Assembly (NCBI RefSeq): GCF_963921235.1
Contig: NC_086097.1
Location: forward strand, 165,046,001 to 165,110,000
Reading direction: 5' to 3'
Source: Mobula hypostoma
Taxonomy: Eukaryota
Length of the DNA: 64,000 nt
Part shown: one piece after another, positions 12,113 to 24,790 of the stretch
How positions within the stretch are numbered: position 1 is the first letter of the stretch
How the letters are laid out: each line of letters opens with the position of its first letter
The notes under the pieces: model-generated
Databases searched by the model: none
What the model was told of the DNA's origin: nothing
Seen by the model: the letters and a program-made list of their open reading frames with translations, nothing else
Made by a program: the position numbers and the translations under genes

Positions 12113-13360
12113 AGAGTTCAACGTGACCTTGTCCAACCCTATTCTTGCATCAAACCAAGACGCCCAGGCACAGGTGCAGAATTCAACCCCGATAGGATTT
12201 TCCTGTCTATGGTGGCAGTGGGAGTGATGAGCTGTAAGAGACCCGTCAGCCTCCAGAAATGTGGTGAGGAGTGGAAGAGACAGGGGAATAGGTTGTGTAG
12301 GTGAAGTACAAATAATGCCTGAAAACTCTAAGCAAGTGCAAGTGTTTTTTTAATATATGGCATTATAACCTTCTTGTGAGAGAATTCCAACAGTGTGAAC
12401 AGGTATGCATTCACTCAAAAGTGCCATGTAAATAAAATGGTCTTCTTCTAGTACTAATTACTCTGGAAACTACACTGTGGGGTTTCAGCCAGCACAGTCA
12501 CAATACAACAGCTGTAATTAAGTTCATTCTGTAATAATAGTTAATTTGTATTCTTTGAAAAAAATGTCTGAGGCATAAAAAGCCTTTACTTTATGTTATA
12601 TAATATTTGCAACAGCTGCTTCATTGGACATTTAATTCAAGTTTAATTTGGTAACTCTAGCCACTACATTTAAATAAAGTAAAATTAATTAAGGTGTGGG
12701 TTGGAGTGATAATCACCTTACTTCATGAAATAGTGAGAGACATTCAGAATTATGAAACAGCATGAAAGGTAGTAGGAGTAATATGTTTCTTCTCCAGCTT
12801 GTTCTGCTATAAAATAAAATCATATCTGATCATTAGATGCACTTTCCTGTCCTATTGCAAATTATCTTGATTCTCCTCATATCCAAAAAAAATCAATCCC
12901 TGTTCTGAATATATCTCAACATTTGAGACCAAAGATTCATTAACACTTGATTGAAGGAATCTCTTCTTACATCCATTCTAAATGCCTGACTCCTTGTCTG
13001 TGACCCATATTTCTTGTCTTTCCCATCCATGGAACCACGCCTCACCAGGATGAAAGTAACCTGAGTGTCTTACCAACTTTTTACTGAAGGTTCTAATCAC
13101 ATTCTTACCAACATACTGTATCTAATAGTGCACAATCATATCTGCATCCCATCATCCATCAAGCCTCCAAAGAACTTTTTCATTAGATCACCTTTTATTC
13201 ATCTAAACTCAAAGCAGCACAGTCCTGATGGAATCGCTCCTAGGAGGATAGATTCATTTTTCAGAGTCTGTCTAACTTGTTGCACTCAGCTAATGCAAGT
13301 TAATCCTTCCTTATCTTAAGAGACTAAAACTGTACTGAGTTCCCCATGTGTGGTCACATT

Positions 13361-13671
13361 TTTTAATAGGCATCCGTTAGTCTCGTGAGACCATGGATTT
13401 GCGCCTTGGAAGGTTTCCAGGGCGCAGGCCTGGGCAAGGTTGTATGGAAGACCAGCAGTTGCCCATGCTTCAAGTCTCCCCTCTCCACGCCACCGATGTT
13501 GCCCAAGGGAAGGACACTCGGACCCATACAGCTTGGCACCAGTGTCGTCACAGAGCAATGTGTGGTTAAGTGCCTTGCTCAAGGACACACACACTGCCTC
13601 AGCCAAGGCTCGAACTAGTGACCTTCAAATCATTAGACGAACGCCTTAACCACTTGGCCACGCACCAACAC
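13361..13671 (-). mobile_element. tRNA-headed SINE with a 12-bp TSD
   Basis: Inverted homolog of 46-357; TGTGGTCACATT duplicated at 13349-13360 and 13672-13683. Confidence 0.88.
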
Positions 13672-14494
13672 TGTGGTCACATTAAAGCCTTGTATAACTG
13701 CAGAAAGACTTCTTTACCCATATATTACAATCCATTCATAATGAAAGCCAATATACCATTTGAGTTCCTCTTGGTTCCAATATTTGTCTTATTTTTCTGT
13801 AATTCATGTATAATGTCTCTCAAGTTCTAACAGTATTTTCTGATCTCTGTCCTTCTAAAAATATTAATTTTTTCCCTTTTTCAACCTTATTTGATAACCA
13901 AATTATATTTCATCCTCATATTCTTGTCCATTCACAGGATCCAAGTGGTCCATTTGTAGCACTTTTAAACACTCGGTAGTGTTTTGTCATATCGGGGCTC
14001 CACCTTTACAACATTAATACATTGATTTTCTCTGCAGATCTTTCCTCCCCTCCATCTTTAGCAAGTCTTTTACTATCATAGCCATATGGCTTCCTATTCA
14101 TCCCTCATCTTTCCTTTCGGATGTCCCCTGCAGTTTCTCATTTCCAACTTTGCTCACCCTTCAACCGTCACATGAAATCTGCTTGTCTTCACCCCTGACA
14201 ATAATTCATCCAGGGTTTTGGCATTCAGATGGAACACATTTAATCTGATCCTCTTGGTACTGTCCCTTATAATGCCACATCTGCTCCCTGCTGAAGTAAA
14301 TGCTTGATGCTCTCCGAATTGTGAAACTGCTTTGCAAATTTTATTTTTAATCTAATATGAAACATCCCTCTATCTCATTCATTTGAAGTCCCACATACAG
14401 TATCTCATCACAACAGAGTCTGCCATACTTTGCTTTAATATAGTACTCCAAACAGTGGATTAATGAAGTTCCCTACATATTGGAATAGCATTAC

Positions 14495-14694
14495 AAACAC
14501 AAGAGATTCTGCAGATGCTGTAAATATAGAGCAACACACATAAAATGCTGGAGGAAATCAACGGGTCAGGCAGCATCTGTGGAAATGAATAAACAGTCGA
14601 TGTTTCAGCTGGAGACTCTTCATCAGGACTGGAAAGAAAAGGGGATGAAGCCAGAGATGCTGCCTGACCTGCTGAGTTCCTCCAGCATTTTGTG
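14495..14694. mobile_element. Penelope-derived short foldback element with a degenerate hammerhead motif
   Basis: ~14540-14579 is the inverted counterpart of ~14654-14693; minus strand 14595-14630 reads AGTC-CTGATGA-AGAGTCTCCAGCT-GAAAC-ATC-GACT. Confidence 0.75.
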
Positions 14695-15020
14695 AACATT
14701 ATGTCTCTGCTGCTGCTGCAAAAAGCCGATTTGAATAGCATATATTCCCTTGGTATGTTTGCATATGATAATGAATTTGGATTAACAGAGCTCTTCACAA
14801 AGGCGCAGCCAGAGCTCACAGAAGATTGGACTAACAGAGTTTACAACACACTGGAGACCTCACTGTATACTGGGATAACAATACCGCCCAAGCACTGAAT
14901 GTGCAGGTTCTCCACACACTAGGATAGTTGGGTTCCCTAAACGTTAGAATAATAGCACTCTCCACTTACATGAATAAGTTATGAACTCTCTACAGCTGTC
15001 TAGATAAAAGAGTTATTCAC

Positions 15021-15112
15021 CTAAACTCCGCAGGACATTGGCAAACTTGCAGACTTCAGTTAAGAGCTGGGAGTAGGTGATGGCGGAGCAGTCATGAGGT
15101 TCATTCCCTTCC
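15021..15112 (-). CDS. ACSS2: ACSS2/ACSS2-like coding exon 3, (W)EGNEPHDCSAITYSQLLTEVCKFANVLRSL(G)
   Basis: 92-bp exon, acceptor attatttcag, donor gtgaat; WEGNEP...ITY--LL--VCKFANVL motif; phases fit exons 2 and 4; absent from the ORF track. Confidence 0.95.
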
Positions 15113-16327
15113 CTGAAATAATCGGTTAAAATCATTGGATTAGTGATAAAGTTCCATCATTAACATGATCAATCAATAAAACTCTACACTCTATGCATGC
15201 TGACTTCTATTCTCCTTCTATCCCACTGCCTTCTCTCCCTTCCCACCAACCCATTTCTTTATCCAAACTGATGGTTTTAAGTTTCGAGACACAAGCCATT
15301 GCAAATGCTGGAACCTGGAACAATGTGCAAACTGTGAAAGGAACTCATCAGGTCAGGCAGCATCTGTGGAGGGAAATGGACAGTAAACATTTTGGGTCAA
15401 GACCCTTCATCTGATCTGAAAGACAGAGGGGAGTTAACCAGTATAAAGAGGTGAGGGCGAGGAGTGGGACAAGAGCTGGCAAGTGATTGGTGGATCCAGG
15501 TGAGGAAGCATGATAGACAGATATAGAAGGGAAGTAGCAACAGAGGCTGGAAGAGGATAGGTGGAGGCAACAAAGGGCTGCAGGTTCAAAGTTCAAAGTA
15601 AATTTGTTATCAAAGTATAGATATGCTACCATATACTACCTTGAGGTTCATTTTCTTGCAGGTATTTACAGGAAAAATAAAGAAATACAATATAATCTTT
15701 GAAACAACACATACATGAACAAAGACAGACGAATAACCCATGTGCAAAAGTACAATGTGAAGTACAGATAGAAATCTAATAGGAAAGGAAAGTGGAGCTT
15801 GGTTTGAGGTTTAGATCTGCAGGGTTTGAGCTCTCCTGAACCTCATCCAAATAGCCAGTATTCCTGTGTATGCTTAAGAATTTACAGTACATTGCTAGAA
15901 AGTTCAATCGAGTAGGCATCTCTTTCCTTACTAAACCTTTCCTCAACAGAGACTGAATTTGGTGTTTTCAGAAAAAATCTATTGAAAAGTAGTCAGGAGC
16001 AGGATGAAAGGACCACTTTAATCTAGTAGTATTGAATCTGGCCTCATACCTCTCTGCAAAGCATGGCCTGCCTGCTGAACATCTGGCCATTTTCTCCAAG
16101 GTCGTAACTGACTGGTGCTTGTGCTGATCTTCCCTATGTAACTTCCAACCTCAACCCCCAGAGCCTGCTGGAGTCTTCACCCCAAGATCCACATGTCCTG
16201 CTAGACACATAGCTTCAGCATGCTCCTGGCCCACAACACACCTTTCTTCCTGCCTTAATTCAATTCTTCTCATTCTTATTCTTCCCACTTACAACAATGT
16301 CAATTGCATTTCCATACACCTGTGTTA

Positions 16328-16520
16328 AGCTGGCTGGTGGTGTAATGGCATACGCACTGGACTTCAGGGTGCGTGGTCCTGGGTTTGAATCCAGCCGGCC
16401 GGCTCCTTGCACACTTTCCATTCGTGCTGGGTTGTGCATTGAGTGAGCAACTCGGCCTCGTAAAACAGACAAACGCTAAAGAAATGGCAAGGTGCCGTTC
16501 AATGTGTCAGTGAGGCGCTG
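16328..16520 (+). mobile_element. tRNA-headed SINE (second family; related copy at ~57610-57734)
   Basis: A-box-like TGGTGTAATGG and B-box-like GGTTTGAATCC followed by a non-tRNA body. Confidence 0.65.
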
Positions 16521-19500
16521 GAGGATGTTATTGTTTATGTTCACCCTTTTTCTCCCACTCAGAGGAAGAAAAGTCTTCCCATTGTCTTCACTTTACTACC
16601 GCCACTTTCAACAGCTCATACCTGCTAAGTGGTAAGTGGAGGTGGAATTTCTGCCAGATTTGCTCTAATGCCAGAAACAGATGCAACTTCCTCCTCTCTC
16701 AATTTTTATTATTCTGAAGGATTTTTTCTCTCTGTGACTTTCTGGTTCACTCGTCAATCTTCACCTGTACCTATTCCCATACTCAAGGCATTTTCCCATG
16801 CAACCACGAGAGATGCAAAACCTTCCCTTTTATTTCTTACTTTCTCTCCATCCAACAGCACAAACATTCTTTCACAATGAAGCACTGACTCTTCCAATCT
16901 GATATGCTCCTTTGTTCTCTCTCTTAATGTTAACTCATTTGTCTCAAGTAACATATTTCTGTTCTAAGTGGATTTAACAGTTTATCTGTTATGCTTCCAA
17001 TTTACCATATCTATCTAAATTAGTGCTGTGACCCTCACAATCTACACTTCCATCCATTTGTAACTAGGATTGTTTTTTTTTGACTTAACTATTCACTACG
17101 CTTCCTTATTAATACAGGATAACAGGTCAGGCAATACTAATGCAGAAATTAACAGAATTAACATTCCAGATTGACCTGAGATTGTTACCTATTTATCTTT
17201 CCACAAATGCTCTTTGACTGCAGAGTATTTTCAGATTGTTCTATTTTCATTTCAGATTTCCAGCATCTGCAGATTTTTTCTGGATTACATTATACTCAGA
17301 TTTTCAAGCTATACCTTATTAATACATGCATCTGCTTTAACAGTCTTTATAACATTGTTCCATTGCTGTGATGATATTGATATATTAAGGCATATCATAA
17401 ATGTTTTAACATAGGATCATTCTTTTTAAGTGTTTCACTACTTGTTCATGCTGTCTCTTGTAAAACCATAAAGGCTTGCCTTTCATCGCCATAGCTTTGT
17501 TCTTAAAAGGCAACACAGCTCTTCGTTCTACTAAAGCAGATAAAGATGTCTCGTGATCAGAAATATAATAACCAGATTTCAGTAAATTAGGAAACTGAAC
17601 TGCTGCAATACCTATTCTGGCAGAAAGTATAATAGACCAACAACATAATATTACTAAGCTCTCAAGGTCAGGAAGAGTTCACCACTGGTTCCCAAGGGCT
17701 AAAAATTCAAATGCACTGTATAACTCTCCAATGACTTCAAATGCATTTATTGCATTATTCACATTATTCATTTCTAGAGAATTTTATGCAAATCCTTCTA
17801 CTCAAATGGCACTTGGTCGATAAACCTCTATTTAATTTTCTGGATTTATTTTATTCTGTGGTAGCACTGCTGACAATAATTTTCTTCCTTTGTAAAAATG
17901 ACAGGAAATCAACTTAAAATGATTAATACCACTTATAATAGCAAAAGCTAAAACGACCATAAACCTTTCACTAAATATCCCCTTATGGACAGGTTGCATG
18001 ATCGAATAGCCAAATTCAGCAAGAAGTAATGAAACTAAAAATCATTTCTGTGATAAGCCAAATATTTGAAAGAAAAGTAAACTCTGAGGAAGTGTGTTTG
18101 ATTTTTTTTCATTACTTACATATGAGCAATTGTATAGATTTCAGATACACACAGCAGGATGAGTAAAATATTAGGCACATGCCAGCAATCAGAACTCACA
18201 ATCTCTGGTTCCCGCCGCATCCCAAATATGGGTTCTTAAGTTAATTGGTATTGTCATTTATGGCTAATGGGAAAAAACTCAGGGAAGAATTCTGAACATG
18301 TAAGGAACCAGGAGAAGGGAAATGTGACTGAAGAGATTGCTCAGAGCTAGCATGGGCCAATAGGACAATTAGCATCTTTCTATGTCGCAACAATTAACAA
18401 ATATTCCTTGATCCAGTCAAATTGGTCATAGTGAAGAGAGGGCAGGTCAAAGTTATGTCATAATGCTGCACTGCCTTCAACACAAAGAAACAAGGCTGAA
18501 AGATGCAGCAAGCAATCGTATGGATTCTGCCTGGCTCACTGCACAATAAGCAACAGTATCTGCTTATTGGTATTGGTTTATTATTGTCACATGTAACAAG
18601 ATACAGTGAAATCAGATTTCCATTGTATTCCATGTTCTCCTATGGAAAAGTCAAACCTATTCATTAAAATATTCTTAACCATGCATATTGTATCAACACT
18701 TCCTCATGATTTGACTTGCCTATACCAGAATATAAAACTCCATCAGCAAATGCGTCTAAGTATGGCTCTATCAGTAAGTGCCATGGCATTCCTCTGCCTT
18801 CTCCCTCTAACCTTTGATGCCCATACTAATCAAGAACCTATCAACATCCACTTTAAATATATCCAATGACTTCCTTTCCCGAGCCATCTGCGGCAATGAA
18901 ACCCACAGACTGACCACCCTCTGCATTAATAAATTCTTCCTCATCTCTGTTCTAAAGGTACATCCTTTAAAAGGTTGCATGAGGTTTAGAATATGGAATG
19001 AATTTCAACCCTTTGTTTTGCTTCCTGAACATGTCCAGCCCAAACTTGTATACACCATCCACAATTGCAATGCTAATTAAAAGACCAATTCCATTCTAAT
19101 CACCTGAGTCACATTCAATCAATCAAGGGTTAGGGTAACAAAATTTGAAACAAAATTCCCTGACACAAAGAAATTTTGCACGTTACTGCGTGTAGAACAA
19201 ATTTAACTTCATTAGAATTCACAATATTTTCCTTTATTTTTGCATCCCCCACTATTCTCTTTGATACAGAAGAACTTCAGTGAAGTGCCATAAGTAACTG
19301 GCTACTTTTGAACCAAACTGCAACATTAATGTCATTAGAAGCCAACGGTGGGAAAGGAGGATTCATTTTCTTGAATTATTTCCCGAAACAACAAAATTAC
19401 TGCAGACACAGAATCACTTCTTACCTAATTAGTTTTACTAGGATACAAATTAAATCTTTGTTTAAAACATCCACCATCTACTGCACACCAAGTCATGTTT

Positions 19501-19567
19501 GATAGGCAATCAATCTTTAATAAAATAGGTGTGTGGAGGGAAGGATGAATGACAAATAATTGATTAC

Positions 19568-19763
19568 CAGTAATAAGCTATTTTCTCTCCCTGATCAGTT
19601 TCTTGTGTTTTTCTATCCAGAAGATTGTAGCAGATGTTTGTGGTTGCTCCCTTCATGAAATTCACATACACGTTCCCCTTTGTCACATCAAAATTGTAAT
19701 CTAGGATTGCACCTGTGGGAGGGCTGTTCCAGTAAAACTCTTGCACAAGCTCACCCCAGAATT
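19568..19763 (-). CDS. ACSS2: ACSS2/ACSS2-like coding exon 2, (E)FWGELVQEFYWNSPPTGAILDYNFDVTKGNVYVNFMKGATTNICYNLLDRKTQETDQGEKIAYY(W)
   Basis: 196-bp exon, acceptor tttttttctgatag, donor gtaatc; YNFDVTKG...MKGATTNICYN-LDR is characteristic of ACSS2-type enzymes. Confidence 0.96.
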
Positions 19764-20146
19764 CTATCAGAAAAAAAAATAAGAAAATCTATAAATATTA
19801 GAACATACTTTGTCAAAACAGAAAATGCTGACAGAAATCAGTAGGTCAGGCGGCATCAGTGGAGGAAAAATGATTGATGCTTTGGGTCTGTGACCCTTCA
19901 TCAGAACTGGGAGAGAGAAAGATGCCTATAGGTTTTAAGTAGGAGGGAAGGTATGGGGAAGAGATGTGTAGAACCAAGGGGATGTCAGAGGTAGGGGAGA
20001 AATGGCCTAATGGGGCAGTTATTAGCAAATTAAGCTACTAGACCTGTGTAAAGGAGACAGAAGACAATACAGATGCTGGAATCTAGAGCAACCATCTGCT
20101 GGAGGAACTTAGAGGGCCAAGTAGCACCTGTTTGGAGGTGGGGGAG

Positions 20147-20375
20147 TGAAGCACCTTCAATTACTCCAAAAGACTGAGGTTTGGTAAAATACTGAAAGGC
20201 TTTTATTCGCTGTACAATACGACCTCCACAGTGAGTGTCTGCCCCCGGACTGAGAGGGAGGGGCAAAGCGAACACCTTTATACAGGATTCTGTGGGAGGA
20301 GCCACAGGGGCAGTCAGCAGAGGGGTGTTTCCAGACAGGCAACCAAGTTACAACATATATACATGGTTTACCACA
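20147..20375 (-). mobile_element. Solo LTR, ~230-bp family (copy 2), inserted in a Penelope-derived repeat
   Basis: TG..CA termini; perfect 5-bp TSD GGGAG (20142-20146 / 20376-20380); AATAAA on the minus strand. Confidence 0.9.
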
Positions 20376-21055
20376 GGGAGGGAGAAATTGTCAATGTTTC
20401 AGGCCGAAACCCTGCAAGTTATGTGTAATGAATTGTTAATGGTAAGATGGTGGGGCATCGTCCCACTGGCTAGACAAATGTGTGTAGAAACCATAAAAAC
20501 TGAAAATAGAAAATGGTGGAAATCCAATCAGGGCAGGCAACATCTGTGGAAAGAAAAACAGTTAATGTTACAGATGAGACTACTTTCATCAGCACTTGTT
20601 TACAGCACCAGGGTTTTTAATTGGTTTCATATTTAGTTCAGAAGGTAAAATAACCACTAATAAATTTACAATTTAAAATTTATTTCTTCATTATGAAACA
20701 AGAATGTGGAGCAGAAGTCATTTGGCTGTTCTGCAGGTCATGGCTGAGCCAACTTTGTACAACCATCTTTGTCTTATTTTTCAATACCTGTTGCAGACAA
20801 ATAACTATCAATCTCAAATTTCAATTAAACAATTAATCCAGCAAAGAATTCCCTAACATCTTGCAACAATTCTTTAATTTAAATCCTGTCTTTAATTTAA
20901 ATCCTGAAACACAATGAATACATGGAATGGACTCGTTGTCTTACGAGGAAAGGCTGGACAGGCAAGGCTTGAATAGTTCAGAAGACTGGAGAGTATTGTA
21001 ACTTGATGTACAAGATCCTGAAGGGTCTTAATGTGGTGGGTTTATAAATCTGTCT

Positions 21056-21657
21056 GGATCCTAAGGTTGCCATAGCCGGGGATGATAGTGGGGATAAGCT
21101 TCCACTACCTATAAAGTGCTCCAAATGGCGGTTGACTCTAACAGCCTCGGACAACCAAGTCCAACTCTTGGCCTTCACGTGCGGCTGAGCTACTAGGCCC
21201 AGCAGAATTGTTTTTACTGACAAGAGAAGGGGCAAAGCTGGGCCACTGGTGCCTCAAAACCAGTTGCTCTGGGCAGGTGGGGCTCGTCAGCCTCAGACGG
21301 CAGCCTGCCTAGGAGAAGGAAAACTCTGATTTTAAACCTCCGCTGCCTTGCGGCCATACCCACCCATGGGAAAGGCTTTGGGAATAAACCCCGAGGAAGA
21401 AATCCGGAGCTGGGGTCCCTAAGGCAGTTTGATGTTGTTTACAACTTCACTCTGGCAACCACTGCGACAACAGTGGTGCCAAGCTGTTATCAGTGCTTGC
21501 CCTTCCCTTGGACTACATCAGTGATATGGAGAGGGGGAGCCCACTGCATGGGCAACAGCTGGTTCTTCAAATCTTCCCATCCAGGCTTGCGCTCTGGAGA
21601 GGACTCTGTCTGCCAGAGGAGCAACCCCATGATCCCCTGGGATTGACAGCTGCCTAC
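21056..21657 (+). mobile_element. ~600-bp non-coding retroposon, probably a non-autonomous RTE-type derivative (copy 1)
   Basis: Colinear with 23695-24319; 13-bp TSD with one mismatch, TATAAATCTGTCT (21043-21055) / TATAACTCTGTCT (21658-21670); inserted in a CR1 3' fragment; the RTE assignment is recalled similarity, not verified. Confidence 0.75.
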
Positions 21658-21724
21658 TATAACTCTGTCTTCTCCTGTGAAAGAATCTAGAAGTGAGGGG
21701 TCATTGCTTTAAATAAGGTGTTCC

Positions 21725-23690
21725 CTAAGAATGAGTGTGGGAACTGGAGCCAGGTTCATGACCAGAATTGGAAACAGCAAGGATCTGAAGAAGCTTCAGC
21801 CCTTGAACTTGCCCAACAGGTCTGAGATTGTTGCTCCATGTGAGGATGAAGGTGGGGACTGTAGGAAGGATGAGCAACTGAACCATGCCACCATGGTTCA
21901 GGAGGCCATTCAAGAGGGGGAGAGAAAAGAAATGTTGCTGTAATTGGGGGTAATATAGTCAGGGGAATAGACACAATTCTCACAATTCTCTGAGGGAACT
22001 TGAGCAGCTAGTGAATAAATTAAAACACAGAACCATAAAGATAATTATCTCTAAATTGTTACATAAGCCATGTGTGTAAATTGGCACAGGGTTAATAAGA
22101 TCAGAGAGCAAAAGCATGGCTCAAAGGTTGGTGAGGGAGTAGTGGGTTTGAATTTGTGGGACATTGGGGCCAGTACTGGGGAAGGAGGGAGCTGTTCTGA
22201 TGGGACGGGTTCCACCTGAACTATGCTGGGACCATGGTCCTGGTGAATCGCATAACTAGGGCTGTGGATAGAGCTTTAGGGGTGGGGGGGAAGGTGTTCA
22301 ACAGCCTGGAAAAGTATGGATAAGATAAAAGGGAAGGAGAGTACAGAAGAAGTGATGGAAGTCTCCAAAATAAAGAATAAGACAAAAATTTAGTAAGGGT
22401 TAAGAATTTAACTTCAGGCGACATGAAGACAAAATTGAAAAGGGTGTGAATGCAGTAGTGAAGCTGTTCCTTTTGAATGCACACAGTATATGTAATAAGG
22501 TACTTCATCTTGTAGCACAGTTAGAAATTGGCAGATGTGATGTGGGCATTACTGATAGATGATTATAGTTGGGAGCATTGAAGGATACGGATTGTATCGA
22601 AAGGACAGGCAAGTATGCTGGGGGGTGGGGTGGTAGGATAGCTTTATTGGTCAAAAATTAAATCAAATCCTTAGAAAGAAGTGACATAAGATAAGAAGTT
22701 GTAGAAACTACAGGGATAAAATGACCCTGATGGCAGTTAATATACAGGACTCTCAAAAGTAGGTAGGATGGGGGGTACAAATTAGAAAGGGAGATGGAAA
22801 ATGCATTGGGAAAGGACTATGTTATGATGGTAATTGAGGATTTTAATATGCAGGTAGACTGGGAAAATCAGGTTGGTGCAGAATCTCAAGAGAAGGAATT
22901 TGTAGAATGCCTATGAGAGGGCTTTTTGGAGCACTTTCTGGTTGAACCCACAAGGGAAAGGGCAATTCTGGATTGGGTGCTGTGAAATGAAGTAGATTTG
23001 ATTAGGGAACTTAACGTAAAGGAACTCTTAGGAAGCAGTGATCATAATATAATAGAATTCACCCTGCAGTTTGATATGCTATTACAGCTTGGGGCATTCC
23101 GGAGTTTGGAGTTCCATTCCATCGTCTTCTATAAGAAGTTTGTACATCCTTCTGTAGGCATGTAGGTTTCCTCTGGGTGCTCATATTTCCTCACACAATC
23201 AAAAGACATACCAGTTAGTAGGTTAATTGGTCATTGTAAATTGCCCTGTGATTAGGGAAAGGGCCTGTACCTCATATCTCTAGAAAATAAATAAAAATTG
23301 GATGTATTACAGTAGAGAAAGGCGATCTACAGAGGATTGAGAGAGGACCTGGCCAAGGTAGATTGGAAGGGGACACTAGTAGGGATGACAATGGAACAGC
23401 AATGGCTATAGCTACTTAGAGCAGTCCAGAAGATGCATTATCGGATCATCTCAAAGAAGAAGCATTCTAAATGTAGAGTGAGGTTAACTGTGACTGACAA
23501 GTAGTGGGAGAGTCGAGGACCAGAGGGCACAGCCTTAGAATAGAAGGATGTTCCTGTAGAACAGAGATGAGGAGGAATTTCTTTAGCAGGAGGGTGGTGA
23601 GTCTATGGAATTAATTTCCACATATAGCTGTAGGGTCCAAATCATGGGGTATATTTAACGTGGAGGTTGATATGTTCTTGATTAGTAAGG
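21725..23690 (+). mobile_element. Decayed CR1-type LINE pieces (end of ORF1, endonuclease region, 3' end)
   Basis: Similar to the CR1 copies at 41250-44012 and 51505-54840; many stops; interrupted by a V-SINE at ~23073-23297. Confidence 0.7.
23073..23297 (+). mobile_element. V-SINE-like element
   Basis: GGTTTCCTCTGGGTGCTC...AAAGACATACCAGTTAGTAGGTTAATTGGTCATTGTAAATTG block and A-rich tail. Confidence 0.7.
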
Positions 23691-23694
23691 GCAT

Positions 23695-24319
23695 TGGTTC
23701 CTTAAGGCTGTCAAAGCCGAGGGAGGTAGTCGGGATAAGCTTCCACTACTTATTAAATGCTCCCAATGGCGTGCATCTGAAGTAGCCTGTGAATCTTTAA
23801 GATGAATTTGGCATCTTAAATAGCCAAGTCCAGCTCTTGGCCTTCATGTGTGGCTTAGTTACTAAGCCCAGTGAAACCATTTCTACTGACAGGAGAAGGG
23901 GAAAAAGTGGGTTACTGGTGCCTTAAATCCCATTGCTTCGAGCTGACAGGGCTTGTCAGCTGTAGTTGGTAGTTCACCTAGCAGAAGAACTCTGATCTCA
24001 AATCTCCACTGCCTTGCACTACAGTATACTGACTCATGGCCAAAGCTTCAGGAGAAAACCCCGAGATAAAGTACAGAGCGAGTCCCTAAGGCAGTCCAAC
24101 ATCAAGTTCAACACTGACTGGCAACTCCTACAATTCTGCTAGTGCCAAACTGTATCGGTCTCTGCTATTCCTTTGGAACCATCAGCTGCATGGAGAGGGT
24201 GTGCCTGCGGCATGGGCAGCAGCTTGATCTCCATATCGGACTGCCCTGGTTCGCATATCTCAGGTAGACAGCTAGGATGCAATATCCACGGTCGACCCTG
24301 ACCAACAGAGGGCCGTACA
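23695..24319 (+). mobile_element. ~600-bp non-coding retroposon (copy 2)
   Basis: Colinear with 21056-21657; degenerate TSD TAGTAAGGGCAT / TAGAAATGGCAT; inserted in a CR1 3' end. Confidence 0.72.
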
Positions 24320-24577
24320 TAGAAATGGCATCACATGTTACGATGAGAAGGCAGGAGAATCAGGTTGAGAAAGTTAATAAATCAGCCATGATAGTATGGC
24401 AGAGTAGACTTGATGGACCGAATGGCCTAATTTTCACCTGCTTCTTATGGTCTTTTCTGTTAGAAATATGGGCAAGTTTACATACAAATTGAAGCTGGAA
24501 CTGACACAGAAGTCCTCGTGCCCACTGCTGTACCTTATTGCAGCTTTAGTATCATTGCCAGTGAAGGGAACACCACA

Positions 24578-24790
24578 AAAGCATAGCGGCTAGCACAACA
24601 CCTTTAGATCTCAGGGCATTGCTGAGTTCCAAGTTCAATTCCGGCACCATCGAGAAGGATTTTGCATGTTCTCCCTGTGGCTGCATGGGTTTCTTCCAGA
24701 TGCTCTGGTTTCCTCCCACAGTCCAAAGATGTACAAGTTAGTAGGTTAATTGGTCGTTGTAAATTTCCCTGTGATGAGACGAGTGCTAAT
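24578..24790 (+). mobile_element. V-SINE-like element
   Basis: TTTGCATGTTCTCCCTGTGGCTGCATGGGTTTC...GGTTTCCTCCCACAGTCCAAAGA matches the V-SINE central domain; tRNA-like head upstream. Confidence 0.8.
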
